This document shows positions 31,380 to 41,121 of a stretch of 64,000 nt of DNA, piece after piece. The notes beneath the pieces are model-generated. The model worked only from the letters and a program-made list of their open reading frames with translations. It made no database searches and was not told where the DNA came from. The stretch is from a bacterium (GTDB taxonomy: Bacteria > Hinthialibacterota > Hinthialibacteria > Hinthialibacterales > Hinthialibacteraceae), in assembly GCA_963663405.2 (NCBI GenBank), contig CAXXSM010000089.1:29113-93112 (forward strand). Reading direction: 5' to 3'. A program made the translations under genes and the position numbers. How positions within the stretch are numbered: the first letter of the stretch is position 1; each line of letters starts with the position of its first letter.

Positions 31380-32701
31380 TCCCGCCCCATTCCAGGACTT
31401 TTACATTCCAAACATTGAGGCGTTCTCTTATGAAGACCATTCATGTATTCCGCCCATCCCTTGTCATTCTTTTTCTATTCACGATATTTAATCAACTGGA
31501 GGGAGCGGAAGAATTTACGATTCCACCCTTATTGGCGATTGTCGATCTGCGCACCGCGGGGGATGATTCATCCATCGCGGAAGCGAAAGCCTTCAGTGAA
31601 TTTACCCGGCGGGAGATCGAGCAGACCGGTTTGTACCGGGTGTTAAGCCGCTCCTCCATGATGGCGATTTTAAAGAAACACGCTTTCCCTTTACCCTGTC
31701 ACGAACTCACTTGTTTTGTGTCCATGGGGAAACTGCTGGGCGCCGATCAAGTCTTGGCCGGACACCTTCAGCGCAATGGGGATACATATGAGCTGACTCT
31801 ACGGTTGATTAGTGTGAAAAACGCAAGTTTTATCCATTCCGTCTACCGTACGATCGAGAATGTGTCCGTCGACGATCTAATGGGAGACCGGGGACTCGAG
31901 ATTATCGCGGAAGTTTTCCAGATCGATCCACAAAAGTTTAAAGAGCCCGATACCGCGCCCACGATCAAACTGGATGTGCCAGAGAAAAAAGAAGGGATTC
32001 CTGACGAGGTCAAGAATAAATATCCGGGCATGATTTATATTCCCGCCGGGAAGGTGATTGTCGGCAGTGATGAAGGTGATCCCTGTGAGAAACCCCCGCA
32101 CACGGTTTACGTCGAGGCGTTTTATATCGGCAAATACGAAGTGACGAACCATGAGTATGAACTTTTCATCCGTTCGGATGAGCGGGGCGTCCCGCCGCAT
32201 TGGGACGGCGACGTGATCCCTACGGGTTTGAAGGATCATCCAGTGACATGGGTCTCCTTCGCCGACGCGGAAGCGTATTGCAATTGGCTGGGGGCGCGTC
32301 TCCCCACCGAAGTGGAATGGGAGCGCGCGGCGCATGGGGATGAAATGAGAGTTTTCCCCTGGGGAGATAAATTCGATTCCAACAACGCCAATACATGGGA
32401 AGCGGGCCGGGGTTCTACCGCGCCGGTCGGGAGTTATTACCTGGGCGCCAGCCCTTTCGGCGTGGAGGACATGGCGGGTAATGTGATGGAATGGGTCAGC
32501 GGTTTCTATGAACCGTACCCAGGCGCGCGGGCGTTGTTGGAGGATTATGGAAAACACCTCAGAGTTCTTCGCGGGGGATCTTGGAACTTTTATTCCTATT
32601 ACGCCCGGACGACCCATCGTTTCGCCCGTCCTGGAGGAGAGAAGGCGCGTTCCTATGGATTCCGCGTCGTGCGTGACGCGGCGCCCGGCGCTTCGTATTA
32701 G
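31376..32701 (+). CDS. Secreted FGE-sulfatase (SUMF1) domain protein with CsgG/TolB-N-like N-domain
   Basis: IGKYEVTN, HPVTWVSF, RLPTEVEWERAA, DMAGNVMEW, RGGSW, GFR; ATGA overlap with TPR gene. Confidence 0.88.
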   Translation: MIPPHSRTFTFQTLRRSLMKTIHVFRPSLVILFLFTIFNQLEGAEEFTIPPLLAIVDLRTAGDDSSIAEAKAFSEFTRREIEQTGLYRVLSRSSMMAILKKHAFPLPCHELTCFVSMGKLLGADQVLAGHLQRNGDTYELTLRLISVKNASFIHSVYRTIENVSVDDLMGDRGLEIIAEVFQIDPQKFKEPDTAPTIKLDVPEKKEGIPDEVKNKYPGMIYIPAGKVIVGSDEGDPCEKPPHTVYVEAFYIGKYEVTNHEYELFIRSDERGVPPHWDGDVIPTGLKDHPVTWVSFADAEAYCNWLGARLPTEVEWERAAHGDEMRVFPWGDKFDSNNANTWEAGRGSTAPVGSYYLGASPFGVEDMAGNVMEWVSGFYEPYPGARALLEDYGKHLRVLRGGSWNFYSYYARTTHRFARPGGEKARSYGFRVVRDAAPGASY

Positions 32702-32779
32702 TTGTTTCCCAGGGTAAAAATCCTGGGATTCGAAGATATACCTTTTTTCAACATAAAAAGAATGTAAGTCTTTCTGTCA

Positions 32780-33979
32780 TTAATCCTCAGAGAAGCGTTT
32801 CGGCGCCGGACCGAGAAATTGGTTGTGTTCGATTGTGACCTCTTTTATCCCTTTGCCATAATAAATTGCGGCGGTTTGGTGTTGATTGGTTTGGAAGATG
32901 TTGCCAATGATCTGTATTGCGCTGGTATCCGTCGTGAATTGTTCGGTGTTGTCAAGACGGATTTCACAATCTTTTTGCGCGTCATCTTTTTGGCCGTTTT
33001 CGCGGAAAATATTGGATGACACAATGATTCCGATCACGTCAGGCGCCCAAAGCCCTTCTCTTCCACTATAGGCGATCAGATTGTTTTGGAGCGTGCAGAA
33101 ACAGCTATCCCGTTCTATCGTAACGCCGCGCGAACCGTTGCGGACCACGATGTTCCCGGAGGCGAGGACATGCTCACAGCCTTCCAAAAAGTAGCCGCCC
33201 ATTTGACTTCCCACTACCACACTGTTGACGAATGTTCCATTGTGGCTGTGATAAAAATGGGTTCCATCGGATTGGGAATGTTCAAACCGGCAGCCGTCAA
33301 CCAACCAGCCGTTGACATAGTAGAACGCTACGGTTCCTTGATCTTTACGATCACTGCCAGGCGCCGGACCTTTGGTTGATTGAAGGTAATCGCCGTAAAA
33401 ATTACAGCAATTGATCCCCACTACGTTTCGTAGAGATATATTTCGGATTGGACTCTCTTCACTTTCGCCAAATACGCCAATGGCGTTACTGGAAAGATTT
33501 TGGAATGTCATATCCGAGAAGTTTAGGTTGCTGACGTTTCCATAGATCCGGATACCCGCGATGTTTGTTCCAGGATCCCATGCGTCCCGCCGCCCGATGA
33601 TTTCCCCACCCCGGAAGGTCACATTCGACACATTTTCGAGGAGGAAACATTGCCCGTCAGATTTGATGCTCTCCGCGAGCATCAAGCGGGCGCCTTCGAG
33701 AATCAACGTGGCTCCATCTGGAGGGTGTAGGCCTTTTGGATCGGTGATTCGATACTCACCGGGAGCGAATTGCAATGTAAGCGCCTGTCCGGACGCGCTA
33801 TCCAGTTTTTTCTGAATCCATTCTTGATGGCGCTGAGCGTCTTCACTTTTAAAAGGTCCGATTTTAATGAGCGAGGAATTAATGGTTTCAGCGCTATTAG
33901 AAGCGTACGCCAGACTGGATGCGAACATGAGACTAGCAATCAGGCTTATCATGATACCTGATATCAGTTTTTTATACAT
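32780..33979 (-). CDS. Secreted right-handed beta-helix protein
   Basis: Signal peptide; FAPGEY; repeated N-x-I/F rungs. Confidence 0.75.
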   Translation of the reverse strand: MYKKLISGIMISLIASLMFASSLAYASNSAETINSSLIKIGPFKSEDAQRHQEWIQKKLDSASGQALTLQFAPGEYRITDPKGLHPPDGATLILEGARLMLAESIKSDGQCFLLENVSNVTFRGGEIIGRRDAWDPGTNIAGIRIYGNVSNLNFSDMTFQNLSSNAIGVFGESEESPIRNISLRNVVGINCCNFYGDYLQSTKGPAPGSDRKDQGTVAFYYVNGWLVDGCRFEHSQSDGTHFYHSHNGTFVNSVVVGSQMGGYFLEGCEHVLASGNIVVRNGSRGVTIERDSCFCTLQNNLIAYSGREGLWAPDVIGIIVSSNIFRENGQKDDAQKDCEIRLDNTEQFTTDTSAIQIIGNIFQTNQHQTAAIYYGKGIKEVTIEHNQFLGPAPKRFSED

Positions 33980-34146
33980 GCGATATTGTCCTTTTGTTAC
34001 GATATATTTCCCCCATTCGAATCATAAAACCATCATGGTTCATGTTATAGGGTTCTATTGTCATCTAATAGCGGGATATCTTTTCTTGTTTGATTCTGAT
34101 ACGATTCACTGACTGTGATCCGGAATTGTAGAGAGGAACAATCATC

Positions 34147-35460
34147 ATGAAAAACGAACTGACACGCCGTCAATTTCACCGGGCCGCCGCAGGGGCTTCG
34201 CTCGCTTTTTCCGCCGCGCCCGCAATCAATGCCATAGGAGCGAACGAACGAATCAACGTAGCCCTGATCGGCTGCAGCGGACGGGGGAAAGGGCTGATCC
34301 GCGAATTTTTGAAACTCGACGCCAATTTTCTCGCTGTGTGCGACGTCGACAAAAACCGGTTGGCGGAAGGCCGCGAGATCGCGGGCGGCGAGGATGTAGC
34401 GGTTTATAAAGATTATCGCAACTTGCTGGAGCACAAAGGGATTGACGCGGTGATCATCGCCACGCCTCCGCATTGGCACGCGCTTCCATTCGTGGACGCC
34501 TGTAAAGTGGGATTGGATATTTATTGTGAAAAAGCGCTATCCGTCACTATTTGGGAAGGACAGCAAATGATTAAAGCGGCGCGGAAATACAACCGGGTCG
34601 TGCAATGCGGCACACAATCACACTCCGCCGCCAATTTCCAGGAAGGCGTTCAATTGATTCATGAAGGCTACATCGGTCATGTCCAAAAAGCGAAGAGTTG
34701 GAGTCTGCGAAACAACAATCCCAAGGGGCTTGGACAGGCGGTTATCACCGATCCACCGGACGAACTCGATTGGTATATGTGGTTGGGACCACTGCCGAAA
34801 ATGCCGTATTTCCGGCAAAGGTGTCATGGTGGATTCCGCTGGTTTTGGGATACGGACGGTGGATGGATGACGGATTGGGGTGTCCATCAACTCGATATTG
34901 TCCTGTGGGCCATCCAAGAAACCGATCCTCTTTCTATCTCGGCGGAAGGTGGAAAATTCTTCTTTACCGATTGTACGGAAACGCCGGATACGCTGGATAC
35001 AGTTTTCCGGTTCAAGGACTGCATTGTTCAATTCACGGTTCGCTCTGGAAATTCGTTCTGTCCAGCGCATGAACCGAAGATGAGCACATGGGATGGATAT
35101 GGAATCGAATTTTATGGAACAAAGGGCACGCTCTTTTTAGACCGGGACCGCTTGATCGTCTGGCCGGAAAAAGAATCCTTTGGGAAGGGAACACCCGCGA
35201 TCGATAAAACGACAAATTATTTGGAGATGAACCAGCGTCATATCAGGGATTTCCTGACGAAAATCAAAACGCGGGAACGCTGTGTATGTGATGTAGAGGT
35301 TTGTCATAAAGCGTCGAACATTTGCCATTTGGGAAGCATCGCCTATCGGACAGGGGAGCGAATTGTATGGGATGGAGAAACGGAACGGATTACGAATCAT
35401 CCTGAACTGAATTCCTGGCAGAGAAGACCTTATCGGAAACCATGGAAATTGGAAGTATAG
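34147..35460 (+). CDS. Tat-exported Gfo/Idh/MocA oxidoreductase
   Basis: TRRQF; IGCSGRG; ATPPHWH; YCEK; DWGVHQLD. Confidence 0.92.
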   Translation: MKNELTRRQFHRAAAGASLAFSAAPAINAIGANERINVALIGCSGRGKGLIREFLKLDANFLAVCDVDKNRLAEGREIAGGEDVAVYKDYRNLLEHKGIDAVIIATPPHWHALPFVDACKVGLDIYCEKALSVTIWEGQQMIKAARKYNRVVQCGTQSHSAANFQEGVQLIHEGYIGHVQKAKSWSLRNNNPKGLGQAVITDPPDELDWYMWLGPLPKMPYFRQRCHGGFRWFWDTDGGWMTDWGVHQLDIVLWAIQETDPLSISAEGGKFFFTDCTETPDTLDTVFRFKDCIVQFTVRSGNSFCPAHEPKMSTWDGYGIEFYGTKGTLFLDRDRLIVWPEKESFGKGTPAIDKTTNYLEMNQRHIRDFLTKIKTRERCVCDVEVCHKASNICHLGSIAYRTGERIVWDGETERITNHPELNSWQRRPYRKPWKLEV

Positions 35461-35602
35461 AATGTTACATCTTACGTTTTCATAAAAGCCTTCCCTATCC
35501 TATTTTCTTCCATCAATCATACAGAATTCCATATTGTCTCAACAATAAACAATTACAGAATTCGTTTTTATAAGTGAATCTATATCAATTAGGAATTATT
35601 CA

Positions 35603-37174
35603 TTGACATTAAAACAAAAGAGGAATGGTATTGTATTACTAATTGTTATTGTCTGTTTAATCTTGTTGGCCGTATTGAATGCAATTGATGGAAAATCGCC
35701 GATTCTCCAAGTATTCGGCAAAATCAATGAAAATTCTCATACTGAAGCCCAACGCGATGACAGAGAAGTAAGTCAAGTTGGTTTAATCCATCGCGATCCA
35801 CGATCGTTTGAGGGATACACGTTAATCGCGTCCGTTAATTCCACCAGCGCCTATTTGATCGATAACGACGGACGGATTGTCAATGAATGGAAGAGTGAAT
35901 ATCCAGGGTTTTCCGCCTACTTGCTCCCGAACGGCCATCTGCTTCGCACATCGATCGCCGACACTTCAGTCAACCGTAGATTTTTAGCTGGCGGGGCCAC
36001 CGGGCGCGTTCAGGAACTCACTTGGGATGGAACTGTGGTTTGGGATTTTACCTATTGCAATGAGGACCACGTTCTTCATCATGGGATTGAACTGTTGCCC
36101 AATGGTCACATTCTGATGATCGCTTGGGAGCGCAAAGACGCTGAAGAAGCGGTCAAAGCCGGCCGGCCGCTTCTGGTCAACGGAAATGAAGATATTTGGT
36201 CCGACTGCATTATCGAAGTCAAGCCAACAGGGAAATCAAGCGGGGAAATCGTTTGGGAATGGCATGTTTGGGATCATTTGATTCAAGATTACGACGCCAA
36301 CTGTGAAAATTATGGCGTCCTCACCAGCCATCCGGAACGGATCAATGTCAATCCAATGGGCTGGGAAGAACAATTGGCGCCGGATAATATAGAAAATCTG
36401 AGGGCGTTGGGCTATATCGGAGGTTCAAGTCATACCCAGCCGGATAAAAGCAACATCGATTGGACCCACCTAAACGCCGTGTCATATAATGCGGAATTCG
36501 ACCAGATTGCGATCAGCGCTCCAGGATTCCATGAAATCTGGATCATTGATCATGGAACGACAACCACCGAAGCAGCCGGTCACTCTGGAGGGAAGAGAGG
36601 AAAAGGCGGCGATCTTCTCTACCGCTGGGGGAATTCAATCGCTTATGGCGTTGGGACAGAAGAGGATCAGCAACTGTTCGCGCAGCATGATGTACAATGG
36701 ATTCCAAAAGGGAGAAAAGGAGCGGGAAATCTGTTGGTATTTAATAATGGACGTGGCCGATGGGATGGAGAGTACTCTACTGTGATCGAAATCGAGGCAC
36801 CTGTTGATGAAAATGGAAATTACACAGCCACGCAAGGTCTTCCATTCGATCCAGTCAAACCACGATGGATCTACGCCACGCAGGATAAAATGGATTTTTA
36901 CGCCTCTTTTTTGTCAGGCGCACAGCGATTGCCAAATGGAAACACTTTGTTCTGCAATGGGACATCGGGCGTATTATTCGAAGTGACGGAAAGTGGGGAG
37001 ATCGTGTGGAATTATATTGTTCCTAATGATCGCGGGGAATCCGTATCTTCCACTACACAAGGATACCGGATGGGTATCTTCACTGTTCGTCGGTATGGGC
37101 GGGATTTTCCCGGATTGATAGATAAAGACTTAACACCGAGTAACACACTCGAAGAGCGCCTTGCTTTGAGTTAA
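35603..37174 (+). CDS. Aryl-sulfate sulfotransferase family protein
   Basis: HHGIELLPNG, DWTHLNAV, GDLLYRWGN, AQHDVQW, SGAQRLPNGNT. Confidence 0.88.
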   Translation: MTLKQKRNGIVLLIVIVCLILLAVLNAIDGKSPILQVFGKINENSHTEAQRDDREVSQVGLIHRDPRSFEGYTLIASVNSTSAYLIDNDGRIVNEWKSEYPGFSAYLLPNGHLLRTSIADTSVNRRFLAGGATGRVQELTWDGTVVWDFTYCNEDHVLHHGIELLPNGHILMIAWERKDAEEAVKAGRPLLVNGNEDIWSDCIIEVKPTGKSSGEIVWEWHVWDHLIQDYDANCENYGVLTSHPERINVNPMGWEEQLAPDNIENLRALGYIGGSSHTQPDKSNIDWTHLNAVSYNAEFDQIAISAPGFHEIWIIDHGTTTTEAAGHSGGKRGKGGDLLYRWGNSIAYGVGTEEDQQLFAQHDVQWIPKGRKGAGNLLVFNNGRGRWDGEYSTVIEIEAPVDENGNYTATQGLPFDPVKPRWIYATQDKMDFYASFLSGAQRLPNGNTLFCNGTSGVLFEVTESGEIVWNYIVPNDRGESVSSTTQGYRMGIFTVRRYGRDFPGLIDKDLTPSNTLEERLALS

Positions 37175-37525
37175 GTAAAGCGGGGTTCATCCTACATTCA
37201 TAGACACCACTATACCTACCAAGTCTCCACATTTCGAAAATCAAGCGATTACAATCCCTCGATCTCCAAAAAACATCTTACGAATCAGAAGAATCCAATC
37301 GAGAAACATCGGCCGCGATTTAAAAGAATAGAATCAATGGGAGTATGGGAGAGCCCGTTTGCCGATTACAATAGTGAACAATATTTACATGTAGATGAGC
37401 GCCTAACCGGCTGCGCTGGTTGAATTGTCATAAGACCGGCCTATACATGAAAATATATTGGAAGGTTGTTCCTCATTTTATAGAACGCCTTCAATCATAC
37501 GGATCAATAATCAGGTTGGATCATT

Positions 37526-38335
37526 ATGTTGAAGAAAAAATGGATTTACGCCGGATGCGGCGGTTGTTTAGGGGTGACCGTTCTTTTTATTATTGGATTG
37601 GTAATCTTAATCTGGATGGCGAGGAATTTCTTCACGAAAATTGATTCCCAGATGATAGCGCTCAATGAGGAGTATAAACAGCTGGCTGAGGATTTTCCAT
37701 TTACACGCCCCAATGAGTTTCAAATCGATGAAGCCCGTTTCAGCCAGTTTCTAGCCATCCGGGAGAAAACGATCGCCGCTGTTCAGAGCAAGGAAGAACT
37801 GGCGTGGTTTCTTCAGATGGCGGAATCCAAGGAAAAACGCGATGAGCTTTCTATCTTCGGATTAATCTCACATACCTATACCGGCGCGCAACAAGTGATC
37901 GATGCCGGCTTCGAACAAGTCTCATTTTTGCGGGAGGCGGAGATGGCGATGGAGGAATACGTCTATCTAACCAAAATCATCACCGCCGAGATTCTTTCCT
38001 GGTATGAACAGGAAGAGGATACCGCGCGCGCAGATCAAGCCAAAGCCTATTTCCAATGGTTCTTTGATCTCAATCAATGGAGAGAAGAGCGGGTTCAGAG
38101 AGATCCGGATGATACGATGGATCCAGTACCTTTTGATTTTGAGGAATTTAAAAAGAATTTGACGGATTATCGCGATCCGGAACATACCAATCGAAGCCTG
38201 ATTTCCGCACAAGCGGCTCAGGTTTTTATTTCTAAAGTGGCGGTTGTGATCGACGCGTTTGTCGTCAATATGCGCCCTCCGGAGTTAGAAAAAACGGATG
38301 CTCAAAAAAATGAGGAGCCGGTCGAAAACGAATAA
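37526..38335 (+). CDS. Hypothetical single-pass membrane protein
   Basis: KKKW..GCGGCLG plus TM helix, then acidic helical domain. Confidence 0.65.
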   Translation: MLKKKWIYAGCGGCLGVTVLFIIGLVILIWMARNFFTKIDSQMIALNEEYKQLAEDFPFTRPNEFQIDEARFSQFLAIREKTIAAVQSKEELAWFLQMAESKEKRDELSIFGLISHTYTGAQQVIDAGFEQVSFLREAEMAMEEYVYLTKIITAEILSWYEQEEDTARADQAKAYFQWFFDLNQWREERVQRDPDDTMDPVPFDFEEFKKNLTDYRDPEHTNRSLISAQAAQVFISKVAVVIDAFVVNMRPPELEKTDAQKNEEPVENE

Positions 38336-38427
38336 ATCCAAAAAAAGATGGGTCATGCGGAGATTGGATCGAAGAGGATTCGGAATAAGAAAATCCGAAA
38401 TCGTTTTTCTCCGCATGGCGGAATGGA

Positions 38428-39642
38428 TTGGCGGGTATGTTTACCCATGAAACCAGAACAAATAGCGAACGAATGATTCTCATCGTTGATGACGAAAGAA
38501 TCAATCTGAATCTTTTAACTTTGATGTTAGAACCGGAAGGCTATCAGATCGTGCAGGCCGAATCGGGCGAGGAAGCGTTGCAGATCCTGTTTGATTCCCC
38601 ACCCGATCTTGTGATTATGGATGTTTGCATGCCAGGGAAGAATGGATTCGAAGTTTGTCAGGAAATTAAATCAACGATCACCAACCGGTTTATACCTGTG
38701 ATGTTGTTAACGAATTTGGCTGACGCTGAAAACCAAGTCGCCGGTCTGGACGCGGGCGCGGATGAATATCTGGTGAAACCGCCACGTAAAGCGGAACTTC
38801 TCGCCCGGATACGCGCCCTGCTGCGAATTCAGGATCTGCAGGAGCATCTCATCCGCTCGACACAGGATCTTAAAAAAGCCAACGAACGGCTGCGGCAAAT
38901 TCAAAAACAGATCGATCGTGATATGGAACGCGCCGAGTTGATCCAGCGGTCTTTTCTGCCTTCTCAGTTTCCCGGTCATCCAGAAATCGAGTTCGGTCAT
39001 TATTACGAACCATGCGCAAAAGCAGGGGGGGATTATTTCAATGTCGTTGAGATGGATGATTCGCAATGGGGTTTGTTAATCGCTGATGTAACCGGTCATG
39101 GAACATCGGCGGCGATCATCATGGCGGTGACACATACTTTAATGAATACGGTTCTTAAATCCTTCCCCAATCCCAGCGTTGCTCTAAAAACCGCGAACGA
39201 ACAATTGAGCGCTCTTCTCTCCCCATCCATTTTCGTCACGATGTTTTATGGCGCGCTGAATCTGGTTACGATGAAATTTGTTTATTCTTCCGCCGGTCAC
39301 GAGCCCATGATGCTCTACCGGGCGCGGGAAGATCGGGTTGAGTATCTTAAGACCAGCCACGGATTTCCTCTCAAGTGGGAAGAGGCGAACGAATACGATG
39401 AAAAAGAAACCTTCTTTGAACCGGAAGATAAAATTATTCTCTTCACGGATGGCCTTGTTGAGATATTGAATGAAAATGGGGAGATCTTCACGCCGGAACA
39501 TTTAGAGGGAGTCGTTAAAAAATATCATGCTTTGGCGCCGCAATCCTTTGTTGACGCCATCGTCACCGAGGCGAAACAATTCAACGGGGGACGCCCTTTT
39601 GTAGACGATGTGGCGATTCTGACTGTGCAGCGTATAACATAA
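38428..39642 (+). CDS. Response regulator with PP2C (RsbU/SpoIIE) phosphatase domain
   Basis: ILIVDDE, MDVCMP, EYLVKP; GGDYF, IADVTGHG, SAGH, FTDGLVE, DDVA. Confidence 0.93.
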   Translation: MAGMFTHETRTNSERMILIVDDERINLNLLTLMLEPEGYQIVQAESGEEALQILFDSPPDLVIMDVCMPGKNGFEVCQEIKSTITNRFIPVMLLTNLADAENQVAGLDAGADEYLVKPPRKAELLARIRALLRIQDLQEHLIRSTQDLKKANERLRQIQKQIDRDMERAELIQRSFLPSQFPGHPEIEFGHYYEPCAKAGGDYFNVVEMDDSQWGLLIADVTGHGTSAAIIMAVTHTLMNTVLKSFPNPSVALKTANEQLSALLSPSIFVTMFYGALNLVTMKFVYSSAGHEPMMLYRAREDRVEYLKTSHGFPLKWEEANEYDEKETFFEPEDKIILFTDGLVEILNENGEIFTPEHLEGVVKKYHALAPQSFVDAIVTEAKQFNGGRPFVDDVAILTVQRIT

Positions 39643-39649
39643 ATGAAGT

Positions 39650-41065
39650 TTATTTAAAGGTATTTTCGTATCGCTGGCGGACATCTTTATAATGGATGTC
39701 CGTCGAATAGACCTGCCCGTACGCTTCCCGGGCGCCGGTTTTGTCTCCCAATTCTTCCTTGGATAATCCCAGGTAATAATAGACCGCCTTTAATTCTTCC
39801 GTCGGAACATGGGAGTAGCCTTTATTTTTGAAGAATTCCAAGGCTTTATCAAATTGACCGACCGCCAGTTGATAATCCCCCTGAGCGCGGAAACACTGTC
39901 CCAGCAGATAAAACACCCGGCCCGCCCAGGAAGGTTCATGGACCAAGCGTTGAAGAACCGTGATCGCCTCTTCGATTTTCCCGAATTTGAGGAACAGTTC
40001 TCCCAATTCCGCCCGTTCTTTATACGCTTCCGGGCGTTCTTTGATCAGCCGGCGGAGCATGACAATCCGGTTCTTCTCCCGCTCCTGGATCACGCGTTCC
40101 ATTTGAATCAGCGCTTCTTTATCCTGTGGATTGGCGTGTACTTCTTTCCGAAGTTGGTCCACGCGGGCGCCCAGGTATTCATCCTTCAGCGGTTGATCGT
40201 GTGGCGACGCGGCGAGAAGTTCTTCGTATAGATTTACAGCGATATCCAGCTCACCCGATTCTCTCCAGACACGGGCCTGTTCGCGCCGGGCCGGTTCGAA
40301 CTGTGGATCCTTGTCCAGGATGGAACTGAGGATTCGATTCGCTTCTTCGAGAAGATTCCCCTCCCGGTAATGAGCGGCGATTTCTACACCGGTGGCTTTA
40401 TCATCGGGATTGCGTTTATAGGCCTGCAGCAGTTTTTCCACCCGTTCCAGGATTTCCGGTGGAATCGGCGATTCGAGTTTTTCTTTCTCCATCGCGGCGC
40501 GGCGCGCTTTTAGATCTTCGGGAATTCCCACGCGCGCGTAGGCCTGCGCAGTGATATCCCGCAGACGATGTGAGATCTTATCATCATTGGGCCGCAGGGC
40601 CTGCAGGCGTGTGAAGAGGGTTTGGGATTCCTCAAAGCGGGCGAGATGCGCGAGGATTTCGGCGTCGGCCTGAAGGGCTTTCTGATTCTGGGGTTGAATC
40701 GAGAGCACGCGGGTATAGGCTTTGTGCGCTTCTTCGTCGTTGCCGATTCGATGCGCGCAGTCAGCGAACGCCATCGCCGCGCCGATATGGTTGGGATTGA
40801 TCCGATGGATCAATTTCAAGTCGTTGTAGGCCTTGTCCGGCTTTCCGATTGTTTTTAATAAAAGGGCGGCGCCCAGTTTGACCGCCCTTGTCACCGGGGA
40901 CCATTTCTTTTTGGCCTGGGCTACTTCAAGGTCTTTTAGACCTTCCAGCGCGTCGGTGTTATTCGGAAACATCCGGAGCACCTGGTTGAAATATTGATTC
41001 GCCAGATCCAATTCCCCATCCTTCAAAGCGGACCGCGCGCGATTGAGGTATTCCGATACGTCCAT
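39650..41065 (-). CDS. TPR repeat protein
   Basis: Multiple TPR motifs; C-terminal YYLG...DIHYKDV. Confidence 0.85.
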   Translation of the reverse strand: MDVSEYLNRARSALKDGELDLANQYFNQVLRMFPNNTDALEGLKDLEVAQAKKKWSPVTRAVKLGAALLLKTIGKPDKAYNDLKLIHRINPNHIGAAMAFADCAHRIGNDEEAHKAYTRVLSIQPQNQKALQADAEILAHLARFEESQTLFTRLQALRPNDDKISHRLRDITAQAYARVGIPEDLKARRAAMEKEKLESPIPPEILERVEKLLQAYKRNPDDKATGVEIAAHYREGNLLEEANRILSSILDKDPQFEPARREQARVWRESGELDIAVNLYEELLAASPHDQPLKDEYLGARVDQLRKEVHANPQDKEALIQMERVIQEREKNRIVMLRRLIKERPEAYKERAELGELFLKFGKIEEAITVLQRLVHEPSWAGRVFYLLGQCFRAQGDYQLAVGQFDKALEFFKNKGYSHVPTEELKAVYYYLGLSKEELGDKTGAREAYGQVYSTDIHYKDVRQRYENTFK

Positions 41066-41121
41066 TGTCTGTATCCCCGAAATCGTTATGTATCAACGAT
41101 ATCGCAAAGTGTTTCCTTCTG

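Noticed and set aside
32565-32675. DGR variable repeat in the FGE/CLec-fold C-terminus
   Set aside because: No adenine-variant template repeat or reverse transcriptase seen in the window
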